From a virus (lineage: Duplodnaviria; Heunggongvirae; Uroviricota; Caudoviricetes), in IMG/VR virus record IMGVR_UViG_3300029554_000003, positions 77,064 to 141,063 of that record: a stretch of 64,000 nt of DNA. One strand, written 5' to 3'. This document shows positions 21,856 to 31,508 of this stretch, one piece after another. The notes beneath the pieces were generated by a model. That model saw nothing but the letters and a program-made list of their open reading frames with translations, did not search any database and was not told the origin of the DNA. Every line of letters starts with the position of its first letter. Within the stretch, counting starts at the first letter, position 1. The position numbers were made by a program, and so were the translations under genes.

Positions 21856-22164
21856 ATGAACAATAGCATCGAGGTTTATATTACTTCTAATTATTCGGTA
21901 GTACTATGCGATAATGATATTAACAGTATTACCGAGTCCGTTCGTGAAATACTCTATTCAATGCCGCGACCTGATGATTATACTGTTGCCGATGTTATAA
22001 CAAAAGCAGGTATGATTGTACGCATGTACATTGAGAACATAATGGAACAAGAAGCAGAAGAAGAATACAGCTATGCCGATTTAGATGATAAGCAACGAAC
22101 TAAGTTAGATTATCAGTACGTTACCAAGAAAGTTCTTGAACAGATTGAAGTCATAGCTAAATAG
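21856..22164 (+). CDS. hypothetical protein
   Basis: The track ORF starts at 21790; the likely start is MNNSIEV at 21856. Paralogue of the 21366 gene. Followed by a GC hairpin terminator. Confidence 0.45.
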   Translation: MNNSIEVYITSNYSVVLCDNDINSITESVREILYSMPRPDDYTVADVITKAGMIVRMYIENIMEQEAEEEYSYADLDDKQRTKLDYQYVTKKVLEQIEVIAK

Positions 22165-22172
22165 ATACAAGC

Positions 22173-22205
22173 AAAGGCGTTACTAAACGGTAACGCCTTT
22201 ATTTG
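22173..22205 (+). terminator. intrinsic terminator
   Basis: AAAGGCGTTAC-taaacg-GTAACGCCTTT followed by a T-rich tract. Confidence 0.55.
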
Positions 22206-22505
22206 TCTAGACTAGCTAAAGCACTTGCCGCAAATGCTACAGCTCTTTAGTCTCATGGTATGCGACCTATGGCTAGCGCCAAAACGTTAGCGGTATCCCG
22301 AAACCACGACCAAGCGCCGCATAATCACGCAACTGTTTTGGTTGCTTTTGGTCGGATGCAACTGTTTTAGTTGCTCTTCTGGTTGACCATGTAAAAGGGC
22401 GAAGCCCACAAAAAGGCCATTTATGGGCAGAAAATTATAATGCCGCGATTTAGTTTTGTCAAGAATTTTTTTCAAAAAACTTTTTTAAAAAAATACTTGC
22501 GTTCG

Positions 22506-22541
22506 ATGCAACGTCCCGTTATACTATAGTTGTAACACAAA
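22506..22541 (+). promoter_or_regulatory. plus-module promoter (TTGCGT-N17-TATACT)
   Basis: Seen in sequence. Preceded by the TTGTCAAG…TTTTTCAAAAAAC upstream motif that recurs before other plus-module promoters. Confidence 0.45.
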
Positions 22542-22563
22542 GAGCCAACCAAAGGGGTTTGCA

Positions 22564-22746
22564 ATGTTCAAAGATAGCACGATGGCAAAGTGGTACGATG
22601 TTGTCGAGGTCGTTGCATGGATTGTCTATGCCGTCACGTTCATTTGGTTCCTGCTCACGGATGCAAACGCAGCGGTCAATGCTAATTTATTAGCTGCTGC
22701 GTGGGCGTTCCCGATGCAAATGTATCGCGCCTACTGGGATTTGTAG
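22564..22746 (+). CDS. small membrane protein
   Basis: 60 aa with one hydrophobic helix (…VVAWIVYAVTFIWFLL…). Confidence 0.4.
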   Translation: MFKDSTMAKWYDVVEVVAWIVYAVTFIWFLLTDANAAVNANLLAAAWAFPMQMYRAYWDL

Positions 22747-22826
22747 AAATTGTGACGGTTGCAATGACCACCATAATCTGTTAGAATAACAAGCGTAGCG
22801 AAGCAACAAGGAAAGGAAAAATCGCT

Positions 22827-23306
22827 ATGAGCAACATTGATGATACCATCAAGAAGATGAACACCGCCAACATTCTGTTTGACGCTTTTGGTGACGGGCA
22901 TGAGTTCACGATGCACGATTACGAGGAACTTGCCGCAACGGTCAATGAACTTTTTGGTGGTTGTTACAGTGAAGATAATCCCTGCTACAGCGTTGGTTGG
23001 CTTCGTGAACATTATACGGCTTTTGGCATTGAAAAAGTTGGCGCTCGTGAGATTGAAATAATGACTTCTCGTTACGCCTATGAACGTGTTCATTATAATG
23101 ATACTGATATGTATTATAATAAATACGTTGGTCGCAAATACGAACCTAAAACCGTTAAGCAATTTATTTATCGTATGACTGATGCTAAAAGTTGTTCAAA
23201 TGTTATCGAGCTTCGCAAGAAAGAAATTAGATACGAGATTGACCGAGTGACGGCGAATATTGAAGCTAGCCAAAAGTATCTCGAAAAGCTCAAGAAGATG
23301 CTTTAA
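22827..23306 (+). CDS. hypothetical protein
   Basis: 159 aa ORF followed by a GC hairpin terminator at 23315-23350. Confidence 0.45.
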   Translation: MSNIDDTIKKMNTANILFDAFGDGHEFTMHDYEELAATVNELFGGCYSEDNPCYSVGWLREHYTAFGIEKVGAREIEIMTSRYAYERVHYNDTDMYYNKYVGRKYEPKTVKQFIYRMTDAKSCSNVIELRKKEIRYEIDRVTANIEASQKYLEKLKKML

Positions 23307-23314
23307 TAATTAGT

Positions 23315-23350
23315 AACCGCCCATCTGAAAAGGTGGGCGGTTTATTGTTT
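23315..23350 (+). terminator. intrinsic terminator
   Basis: ACCGCCCACC-ttttcag-ATGGGCGGT hairpin plus a T-run. Confidence 0.6.
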
Positions 23351-23562
23351 AACGTTTCACGTGAAACATAGCGCAACCCAAAAGCCCATAGTTGGGCAGA
23401 AAATTATACATGAGCGCAAAACGTTTGTCAAGCGTCAAATCGAAAAAACTTGAGAAAAATAAAATTATTTTATCCCAAAATAGTTAGGTTTTTCGCTTGC
23501 GCTCACACGCAAAGCGTGTATAATAATAGCTGTAAGCAAGCAAGGAACAGAAAGGACTTGCA

Positions 23563-23676
23563 ATGTTTGAAACCATGAACCCCAACAGCCCGTACTTCTC
23601 TGACTACATTGACGAGCTTGAAGCCTACTACCCGGACGAGCCGTGCGACTTCTATCTTGAGGACGAGGACGAGTAA
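23563..23676 (+). CDS. small acidic protein (37 aa)
   Basis: Not in the ORF track (shorter than 60 aa). ATG with a GGAACAGAAAGGA leader, ends in DEDE, followed by a terminator hairpin at 23682-23707. Confidence 0.3.
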   Translation: MFETMNPNSPYFSDYIDELEAYYPDEPCDFYLEDEDE

Positions 23677-24426
23677 AAAAGAAGCCCACCCTTGCGGGTG
23701 GGTTTTTCTTTGACCAACTAGCTAAAAAAATGCACAGCCCTCTAGCTTAATAATAATAAGATAGGGCGATTTTTCTGTCAAGCGTCAATCTGAAAAAACA
23801 TGAAAAAAGTTTTTCAAGATTCTGCTGTACTATCACACGTAAAAGTGTTATACTTAGGTCGTAGACCAAGAGAAAGGATAGAATAGTGTACTACCTCAAG
23901 CGTGATAATGCTAAAGACTTTAGCATTGACAAATGCACGGGCTACGATTCGAGTGCTCCACTTGCGGCGCATAAGGCAAGGGCGAGAGCGATAGCCGAAT
24001 GCGAACGTACAACGTGCGAGGTCATAGACGATAGCGGCAACGTGGTATTTATTGCTTTGGCGCATTAACTAAAGGCTCCCACGGGAGCCTTTTATTTTGG
24101 CTCTTTTGGTCGTACCTATGCGCGTAGGCATTTTGCTAAATGGCACCTTGTAGGCGATTCTGTGGGCTTACAAGGGCAAAAAATTATGAATTAGTGGTCA
24201 CAACTTGATAGAGTTGTTTTTTCTATGTATTCGTGTATTCACGCTCTCACAGTTTGACTTTTCACCTGACCTATGTTACACTAAAGGATTAGACCAGGAG
24301 ACTTATGGAGGAATTGTGTGCAGCAAATTGATACTTGCCAAACTAGCACGCTTACCGCATAATAATAGTTGTCCAAAGGCGAGGGCGTAAGAGTAACAGG
24401 TAGTTACACGCCCGAGCGGGGATAGA

Positions 24427-24912
24427 ATGGAGTTAGCAATGTCTAACGCTCAGAACTACAACAAGGCTCTTGGTTTCGCGGCTCAGGCTCACACCGACAA
24501 GTACAACACCACCAAGACGCGCGTACTTGCCACAGGCGTTGAGCTTTCGGACGAGGCTTTCGATGCACTTTACCGCGCGGCGGTTGGTACTTCGGGTCTG
24601 GTTGGTACCGCGCCCACCGAGATTAGCGATGTTCAAGCGGACGCGCTTGACCTGCTTGTTGCGTTCCTCAATGCTAACCGTGATGAATGGTTCACGTTCT
24701 CCGATTTGTGCGGTCGTTCTGGAGTTATCAAAACTAGCAAGGTTCATGATTGGTATAGCGGTAACACCTATGTTACGCTTGATAATAGAGATACGCGCAA
24801 CACTCTCAAAGAGTTCTTCGACCGTCTGATTAAGGCTAAGGTCTTTGAGGTGGATACGATGGTGTTCAAGTCGAACGGTACTAACGTTCTTTATGTTTAC
24901 AAGGCGCGTTAG
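24427..24912 (+). CDS. hypothetical protein
   Basis: 161 aa, ~50% GC. Its leader shares the AATAGTTGTCCAAAGG…GAGCGGGGA motif with the 27595 gene. Confidence 0.45.
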   Translation: MELAMSNAQNYNKALGFAAQAHTDKYNTTKTRVLATGVELSDEAFDALYRAAVGTSGLVGTAPTEISDVQADALDLLVAFLNANRDEWFTFSDLCGRSGVIKTSKVHDWYSGNTYVTLDNRDTRNTLKEFFDRLIKAKVFEVDTMVFKSNGTNVLYVYKAR

Positions 24913-24967
24913 TTTCTGATAGCTAGGGCGGGGTATTCCCCGCCCGCCTTTAGAATTGGAGTTTGTT

Positions 24968-25207
24968 ATGTTGTATTTCGTTTCTGTTAACGGTATTGAC
25001 GCGGACTATCCGCTTGACGATTACGATAACTTTATCGTTGAAGCTGATAGCGAGCAAAATCTTGCCGCTGCTATCGTTGCTGCCCGCATGGATTGTGGCG
25101 AAGATTCTAAAGAGCTTGACAGTTCCGTGTGGCGTGTGCGTGAGTTGGGCGAAGAGTTCGACTACAACGTTAATCTTGAGTACGTTTGTAAGGGTAAGCG
25201 TCTTTAG
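24968..25207 (+). CDS. hypothetical protein
   Basis: The track ORF starts at 24956; the likely start is MLYFVSV. About 80 aa. Terminator at 25217-25246. Confidence 0.4.
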   Translation: MLYFVSVNGIDADYPLDDYDNFIVEADSEQNLAAAIVAARMDCGEDSKELDSSVWRVRELGEEFDYNVNLEYVCKGKRL

Positions 25208-25258
25208 TTAGTCAAAGGGTAGGGCTTACGCCCTACCCGCTCTTTGAAAGTGGAATAA

Positions 25259-25741
25259 ATGAAAGCAATTGTTTTAGATTTGGATGGAGTGCTTGTTGAT
25301 TTTTACAACGTCAACGGGTGGTTGCCTATGTTGCAAGCAGAAAACGCCGCGCCTTACTTAATCGCCAAGCCTTTAGGAGACTACAAGAAGCTAAACGGTT
25401 TGCTTGCCGCCTTGCAAGGCTACGGTTACGCGGTCGAGGTCGTTAGTTGGTTGGCAAAAGGCAAGACCACGAAACGGTTTGATAGCGCGGTACGCAAGAA
25501 TAAACGCGCATGGTTGCGCAAGTATTACCCTGCTATCGACTTGAATAACGTTCACGTGGTCAAGCATGGTACTAACAAGTGGCGCGTATCTAACTACAAG
25601 GGCGGCATTTTGTTTGACGATGAAAGCGGCAACGTACACGCATGGCAACGTGATACATCGAGCGGTAAGGCGGTACGTATCAAAGACGAAACTACTTTGC
25701 TAGACGCGCTAGAGTCTCTTATTATCCAAGAGCTAGAATAG
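25259..25741 (+). CDS. HAD-superfamily 5'(3')-deoxyribonucleotidase-like (NT5C family)
   Basis: N-terminal DLDGVLVD, the HAD motif I (DxDG). About 160 aa, a size typical of phage NT5C-like nucleotidases. Confidence 0.5.
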   Translation: MKAIVLDLDGVLVDFYNVNGWLPMLQAENAAPYLIAKPLGDYKKLNGLLAALQGYGYAVEVVSWLAKGKTTKRFDSAVRKNKRAWLRKYYPAIDLNNVHVVKHGTNKWRVSNYKGGILFDDESGNVHAWQRDTSSGKAVRIKDETTLLDALESLIIQELE

Positions 25742-25814
25742 AGTTAGGGGAGCGGCAACGTTCCCCTATGTTTGATTATTGCCTATGTTTCACGTGAAAC
25801 ATTAAGGAGGACAA

Positions 25815-25949
25815 ATGAAGTCGTACCATTTGGTTAAATGGTTACCTGTTTTAATGGGCTGTATTGGTTTGATTCAATTGGCTTTAAACGCACCTGATTG
25901 GAGCGTTGTATTTTTCTTCTTTATGATTCTAGCTTATGCGATATTTTAA
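25815..25949 (+). CDS. small membrane protein (44 aa)
   Basis: Not in the ORF track. GGAGG RBS, hydrophobic (…LPVLMGCIGLIQLALN…FFFFMILAYAIF), followed by a terminator at 25948-25972. Confidence 0.3.
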   Translation: MKSYHLVKWLPVLMGCIGLIQLALNAPDWSVVFFFFMILAYAIF

Positions 25950-26128
25950 AGGCACCTTTTAGGTGCCTTTTTCCGTTGCGCCATAGTTGGCGGCGATTTT
26001 ACCACAACACGCAACCAAAAGCAAGAGAAAAATTAGAAAAACTTTTTCTTTTTTCTCGCGTGCGGCACGTCCCGAAAGTGTTATTATTAAAAGCGTAGAG
26101 ATTAGCCCCAACGTTTAAGGAGTTTCCA

Positions 26129-26842
26129 ATGGCTAATTTTTGTGTCCTAGATTGTGAGACCGCGCCAACTGTCAATCATAAGGATAACAAGGCGCACCCC
26201 GAGACGTCTTTGGTTTACGACTTTGGTTACACTATCCGCGACAACGACAATAACGCCATTCGTGAGCGTTCGTTTGTAGTCACGGATACGTTCTATCAAG
26301 TTGACCTAATGAAAAGCGCCTACTACGCCGATAAAATCCCTACCTATTATGAGGGTATCAAGTCGGGCGAATGGGTTGAAGCATCTTTCAATGAGGTTTG
26401 GCGCACGTTCAAGGCTGATTGTAAAGAGTGCAACGTTAAAAGCGCATGGGCGTACAATTGTCGATTTGACGAGATAGCATTAAACAACACGTTGCGCACG
26501 TATTCAAACGGTTTTGTTACGTGGTTCATGCCATTTAAGCTACGACTTAAAGACGTTTGGGACTACGCAAGTAACATTACTAGTTCCAAGCGCTATCTAA
26601 AGTATTGCGTAGCAACGGGCGCATTTACACCTAGCGGAAACCCGTCAACTAGCGCTGAAAGCGTGTACCGCTTTATCAATAATGAACACGACTTTACCGA
26701 GGATCACACAGCACTATCAGATGCACGTATCGAAGCCGCTATTTTGCTTGCGGCAAAGGCTAAGCACAAAAAGACGCGCCACGGTTCGCGTGGTCAAGGT
26801 TGGCGAGACGCGAGCGCGGCATTTAAAGCGCTTGACCGTTAA
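26129..26842 (+). CDS. DEDD-family 3'-5' exonuclease (DnaQ-like)
   Basis: Exo I motif LDCET (D-x-E). Exo II-like YNCRFDEIAL. Exo III HTALSDARIEAA (H-x-A-x-x-D-A). Terminator at 26848-26876. Confidence 0.6.
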   Translation: MANFCVLDCETAPTVNHKDNKAHPETSLVYDFGYTIRDNDNNAIRERSFVVTDTFYQVDLMKSAYYADKIPTYYEGIKSGEWVEASFNEVWRTFKADCKECNVKSAWAYNCRFDEIALNNTLRTYSNGFVTWFMPFKLRLKDVWDYASNITSSKRYLKYCVATGAFTPSGNPSTSAESVYRFINNEHDFTEDHTALSDARIEAAILLAAKAKHKKTRHGSRGQGWRDASAAFKALDR

Positions 26843-27594
26843 ACGAATGGGGAGCCTAACGGCTCCCTTTTCTTTTACCATGAGCAAAAGTGATTCTAGC
26901 GCCCTATGGCGTGCGGCAAACGCCTTTATTTAAAATAAGGACTTTACCCTAATGGCACCTTAAAACGCGTCTCATGGCCGCTATGGCGATATTTTTTTAT
27001 TTAAGTACCACATTATCCGGCAAGAAGTTAGCTATGGTAAACCGTGAATCATTGTTAGGTACCTAACTAATTAAAATAGTTTACCCAGGCAAACTATCCA
27101 AGACGCCATTTATGGCGCAAAAAATTTTACTACGCCCGAGCTGTTTTGTCAAGCATTATTTTCAGATTTTTTTGAAAACATATTTCCTTCACAAATCCCG
27201 ATTGAAGCGCTTCAATTATTAAAACGCTTTAAACGCACTTGTTTAAACAACCGTAGCCCCAACCTCCTAATTAGGTTTGTCAAGAAAAATCTTTTGGCAA
27301 TTTTGAGAAAAACACAAACATAACACAACCCGAAACCCAAATTTTTTTATGCAAGTTTTGCCGCAAATGGCTTGATTCTATTCATTTTGCTTTATCCGGC
27401 TACAGTGCCGATATTTTGAGAATCTAAAAAAACTAGCCTATTTACCTGCGGTTTCCATATTTTGAACACAATTTTTAAAATAGTTCTTGCCAAAAAGTCT
27501 ATGCAATAGTAAAGTAATAGTTGTCCAAAGGGGACAGAGAAAAAAGAGCCGAACGGCGGCTCACTCGCGTCTCGGGGACGGAAGGGGTTAGCTC

Positions 27595-28023
27595 ATGGCT
27601 ACCACTCGCACTAAGTTCCAGTTCACCGACTACCAGATGTTCGCGGCCCTCGTGAACGTGGCGGGCGAAGTCTCGCCCGAGGTTATCAAGTCCGCGCTGG
27701 GGGATAACTATGACCCCGAGAAGCACACGCCCGAGAACCTTGCCCGCAAGGTTTCGCATAAGTTCCACGTTCTCAAGGAAAACGCCGCCAAGCCCAAGGT
27801 ACCGAGCAAGACGGCCGAGCTTAATAAAGCGCTTGCCGAGCAGGTCGCGGCAGAGTTCGCCGATGGCGAACCGTTCACGCTCAATGACGTGATGATTAAG
27901 CATCCCGCCGAGGTCAGAACGTTCTCTAAGGCAGGCGTCATCGTGAACGTTCTGCTTGCCGAAAAGCGCGTGCGCAAGGCGGCACCCATCAACAACAAGA
28001 CCGCCTATGTTATTGTAGCCTAG
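27595..28023 (+). CDS. high-GC hypothetical protein
   Basis: 142 aa, ~58% GC. Conserved leader shared with the 24427 gene. Confidence 0.4.
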   Translation: MATTRTKFQFTDYQMFAALVNVAGEVSPEVIKSALGDNYDPEKHTPENLARKVSHKFHVLKENAAKPKVPSKTAELNKALAEQVAAEFADGEPFTLNDVMIKHPAEVRTFSKAGVIVNVLLAEKRVRKAAPINNKTAYVIVA

Positions 28024-28099
28024 GCGGGCTAGGGTGGGGCGATAACAAGCCCCACCCGCTACCCTTGCACCTATAGAACAGCATAAGGACGGCTAGCCG

Positions 28100-28363
28100 A
28101 TGGATTACAGACGCGCGGCATTGATTGAGGTATTCGGGAACTTGCCCGATACGGAACTCCGCAAGCTAGGGCACGACTTGCAAGCCCACCACCTAAACGC
28201 GATGAAAAGCGGCAAGGTAGTTTTGCTACCTACCGAGATTCATAAGATAGTACACGACCTTACGCATTTGGCGGGCAACGCCTACGCAAGCGGCGAAACG
28301 GAAAACGCCGAAACGCTCACGCAATGCGCGCAAGCGCTCATAACGCAATTTACAATAAAATAA
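28100..28363 (+). CDS. high-GC hypothetical protein
   Basis: 87 aa, followed by a terminator at 28375-28411. Confidence 0.4.
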   Translation: MDYRRAALIEVFGNLPDTELRKLGHDLQAHHLNAMKSGKVVLLPTEIHKIVHDLTHLAGNAYASGETENAETLTQCAQALITQFTIK

Positions 28364-29407
28364 CACAATTAAATAAAAGCGCTCTACTTTTAAGTAGGGC
28401 GCTTTACTTTTGCGTTTAATTCCTACTGAAAAGGTAGGGAAAAAATCGCCCTGCCTAGCACAAATGCGCAGAAAAGTCAAGATATTTTGAAAAAATTCAC
28501 AGAAATTCCATAGTTGGGTCGATTTTACACGATTAGGTACCTTATTGTCAAGATTTTTCAAGCAAAAACATAACTTTTTCACAGCTTTTTGACCTCCTGA
28601 AACGCGTTTTTAGGGCGCTCGCGCCCATACCCTTGCGTTCCTAGGCACTTTTGGCTATCGCCCGCCCTAGGGCCATTACAGGGCCGCACACGCGAAAAAA
28701 ATTAAGTTAGGTACCGAGCAACCAGAGCAAGTGTTACCCTAGGTTAACTCCGAATCATTGTGAGGTACCTAACTATTATTTGTGGAGATTCCGTGTTGGT
28801 TTTGTGAAAGGTCTTGCGGAACCTCGCTACCTGTGGTAGCGAGTTCCCCTGTATTTTCTGTGATTTTCACAGAAATACTGGACAAATCAGGAATTGTATG
28901 GTATAATATAATAAGGGAATACTATACAATAATACCATATTTGGGACTGCCGCCGCCGTTGCGCCTATATGGCGAAAATGTGTAGAAATGGGGCCTGCCA
29001 GCCCAGCGCCTGCAAAATCCTAAAACGAAAGTCAATCATAAAATTAAATAAAAAAATCCCTCCCCGCCTATATGGCGAGAAGGGACAGAACTAGCACAGG
29101 CATAAGCCAAGAGAGCGTTCTAAAATGAATTTTAATCGTTTTTGCGTACCCCTGTGTGACTTCTAGAGCCAATAGAAAGTGAGAATCAATCGCCAAAGGC
29201 GCGCTTGCGCGTCATAAAATAGGTTCACATAAACCAAGAGACAGAAGAAAAAGAAGCGTGCGGCACATGCTTTTTGTCAACGAAAATCAATGCGGAAATG
29301 TGACTAAATTAGTTACATTTAAAAAGTGTTTTTTTAATATATGTTTTTATTAAAGTGTAAATTACACTTTCCTGCCCAAAAGTTTTGGCCGCACTTGAAA
29401 ATCAATC

Positions 29408-29785
29408 CTATTTTGCCTTGGGCTTGCGCTTGCGCTTGCATACCATAGACATCTCATACGTCTTAGAATTGAGAATGAATCGGATTTTACCATCATCGCC
29501 GACCTCGATGCCATGCGGGGAATCCTCCCAGTCACCGATAGTCATGGTAAGCTCTCCAAGTGCATCCGCAATGGAATTCATAATCAATCGCTTTTCAGAC
29601 ATTTTATTCTCCTTCTTGTCTGTATCGGGCCTGTAAGCTGCGTCATACTCGATGCCATGCTCTAGCAGATAGAGGTTGGCCGCACTTGCTTTGAGTATTG
29701 CCTGCTGTCTCTTGGACTCGATATACTCGTCAGGAATCTCTATGGTATGCTCGTTACCCTTCATATCATAGTAGGTGTGCCGCAT
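29408..29785 (-). CDS. hypothetical protein (basic C-terminus)
   Basis: 125 aa. C-terminal KRKRKPKAK is encoded by a CTTGCG x3 tandem repeat. Confidence 0.4.
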   Translation of the reverse strand: MRHTYYDMKGNEHTIEIPDEYIESKRQQAILKASAANLYLLEHGIEYDAAYRPDTDKKENKMSEKRLIMNSIADALGELTMTIGDWEDSPHGIEVGDDGKIRFILNSKTYEMSMVCKRKRKPKAK

Positions 29786-29854
29786 GTGCTTACTTCCTTC
29801 TATCTCTTGGAATAGGCCGGGAGTCTCGTCAAATGGACTCCACGGCCCTTCTAA

Positions 29855-29890
29855 TTAAAAACTCTAATAAGTAGACCCTACTTATTAAAT
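29855..29890 (-). terminator. intrinsic terminator
   Basis: Reverse-strand AATAAGTAG-ggtc-TACTTATT hairpin followed by a T-run. Confidence 0.45.
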
Positions 29891-29896
29891 ATTTCG

Positions 29897-30232
29897 CTAC
29901 AGAGCCTTGTACGTGAAGGTCTTGCTATTCACAGCCGCCTTCTCGGCACGACCGTCCTCAACGAGGAAACGCATGTTGGCTGCGACCTTGCGAGAGCTGA
30001 CATCCTCGCCCATGTGCATGGCTACTGCCTTGGAGGTGGCTCCCGCCTGCGCATCAAAAGACTTGAGAGCTGTGTAAATCTCGTCAAGGAAAGCCTGCTT
30101 CTCTGCGGACTTCTCAGCGTCCTTGGCACGCTTGCGCTCGATAGCCGCAAGCTGCTTATCACAGAACTCAACCACCTCGGCATTGTCGGACATGGCAGAC
30201 TTGATGGTGTTGTAAATCTCGAACTGGGTCAT
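29897..30232 (-). CDS. hypothetical protein
   Basis: The track start is a GTG at 30259; the likely ATG is at 30232 (MTQFEIYNT…). Preceded by a copy of the conserved promoter and leader. Confidence 0.45.
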   Translation of the reverse strand: MTQFEIYNTIKSAMSDNAEVVEFCDKQLAAIERKRAKDAEKSAEKQAFLDEIYTALKSFDAQAGATSKAVAMHMGEDVSSRKVAANMRFLVEDGRAEKAAVNSKTFTYKAL

Positions 30233-30456
30233 GTTAATCTTCTTTCTCTTGGAACCCACGGGAGGTTTCTTATCCCCTCCCTTTCTTTAATTATATTATA
30301 CTATAAGTTTTCACTGGCCGCAAGAACTTTTTGAGAATGAATTTGGTTTTCAAAATGAAACTCGAAATGAAAATCAAAATTGAAATTGAAAACCATTTTT
30401 ATAAACCAATAGCGCGTTGGAATCGAAAATTAAAAAGGGTGCGGCTAATTTTTTTC

Positions 30457-30485
30457 TTGACATTGATTTGCTGAACTGGTAAAAT
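30457..30485 (+). promoter_or_regulatory. plus-strand consensus promoter TTGACA-N17-TAAAAT (antisense to the HTH gene)
   Basis: Seen in sequence. It points into the 3' end of the minus-strand gene at 30585..31232. No convincing plus-strand ORF lies downstream. Confidence 0.4.
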
Positions 30486-30584
30486 GCGCACTTACTCCCA
30501 CTAAGTCATGTAATCATTTTTAACCCTATATGGGCTTTTTCACCAGCTTTTGGACACTATTCAAGATTAACTAGACACCATTTT

Positions 30585-31232
30585 TCACTCTATATGGACT
30601 AACTTCCTGAATCTACATCCTTGCTCACCAGACACTTTGGCTACCTTATATCTATATTCTATGATACCCATGTCTTTTAAAGTTTCCAAAGCCTGTCCAA
30701 CCTGCTTATTCTTAGTTCCATGATTATTTACTTTAAGAGTATCACAGATAACCTTATTAGTTATTTCAGGGTCTTTTTTAAAGCAACCGCTTATCGCTTT
30801 ACAAGCACCATATACTCTCAATACCATAACTAAATCTTTGCGGCCAAACCTATTATCGTATATTTTATCATATACCTTTTTATCTACTTTGGCAAATCTC
30901 CACCCTTCATCGAACTTATGCCGCCAATATGTCTTATCTTCTTTCATATCATATTCTAGCATATCGAATTTGCCCATGTCAATATCGTTTACTTCACTGG
31001 GATTGCCAGCATGGTTCAATATGGTATCTTCCAGCTTACGAACACTGCGGCGAATGTTTCTGTCACTCATACCCACTTCTTGTGCCACATCCCACGGTAT
31101 CACTTTTCCATCTACATAGCTTACATTATTGTCTTTTATCTCCATAACCGAACAATTGCGTTGAAACCAGAAATCTATAGCATATTCTGAATCACTCCAA
31201 GGTCTATCGAAAAATATCAATCTTTGCGGCAT
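30585..31232 (-). CDS. helix-turn-helix DNA-binding protein (regulator or initiator candidate)
   Basis: 215 aa. The segment WDVAQEVGMSDRNIRRSVRKLE looks like an HTH. Lies immediately downstream of the iteron array. Confidence 0.45.
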   Translation of the reverse strand: MPQRLIFFDRPWSDSEYAIDFWFQRNCSVMEIKDNNVSYVDGKVIPWDVAQEVGMSDRNIRRSVRKLEDTILNHAGNPSEVNDIDMGKFDMLEYDMKEDKTYWRHKFDEGWRFAKVDKKVYDKIYDNRFGRKDLVMVLRVYGACKAISGCFKKDPEITNKVICDTLKVNNHGTKNKQVGQALETLKDMGIIEYRYKVAKVSGEQGCRFRKLVHIE

Positions 31233-31286
31233 ATAGCATCACTCAAAATAATTGCATAAACACGCGAGTGCGCGAGCGTGTTTAAT

Positions 31287-31458
31287 AACAACTATATAAC
31301 AACTATATAAACAATTATAAAACAACTCTATAACAACTAATATAGGAATACACAAAATGTCCGCATTAGATACACGTTTTGTCCGCATTAGATACACAAA
31401 ATGTCCGCTAAAGATACATGTTTTGTCCGTTTTTGATATACGTTTTTTCCGTTGGACT
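31287..31458. repeat. iteron array: ~5x 11-bp AACAACTATAT, then ~5x ~22-bp ACAC(A/G)…GTCCGCATTAGAT
   Basis: Tandem direct repeats seen directly in the 275-bp intergenic region upstream of the HTH gene. Confidence 0.75.
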
Positions 31459-31508
31459 TGTTTCACTTGCACACTATATGTTGCCAATAAACTAACCATA
31501 CAAATCAC

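Noticed and set aside
31239-31508. 89-aa ORF 31239..31508(-)
   Set aside because: Lies entirely within the iteron array. Translation is low complexity and there is no RBS. Probably non-coding.
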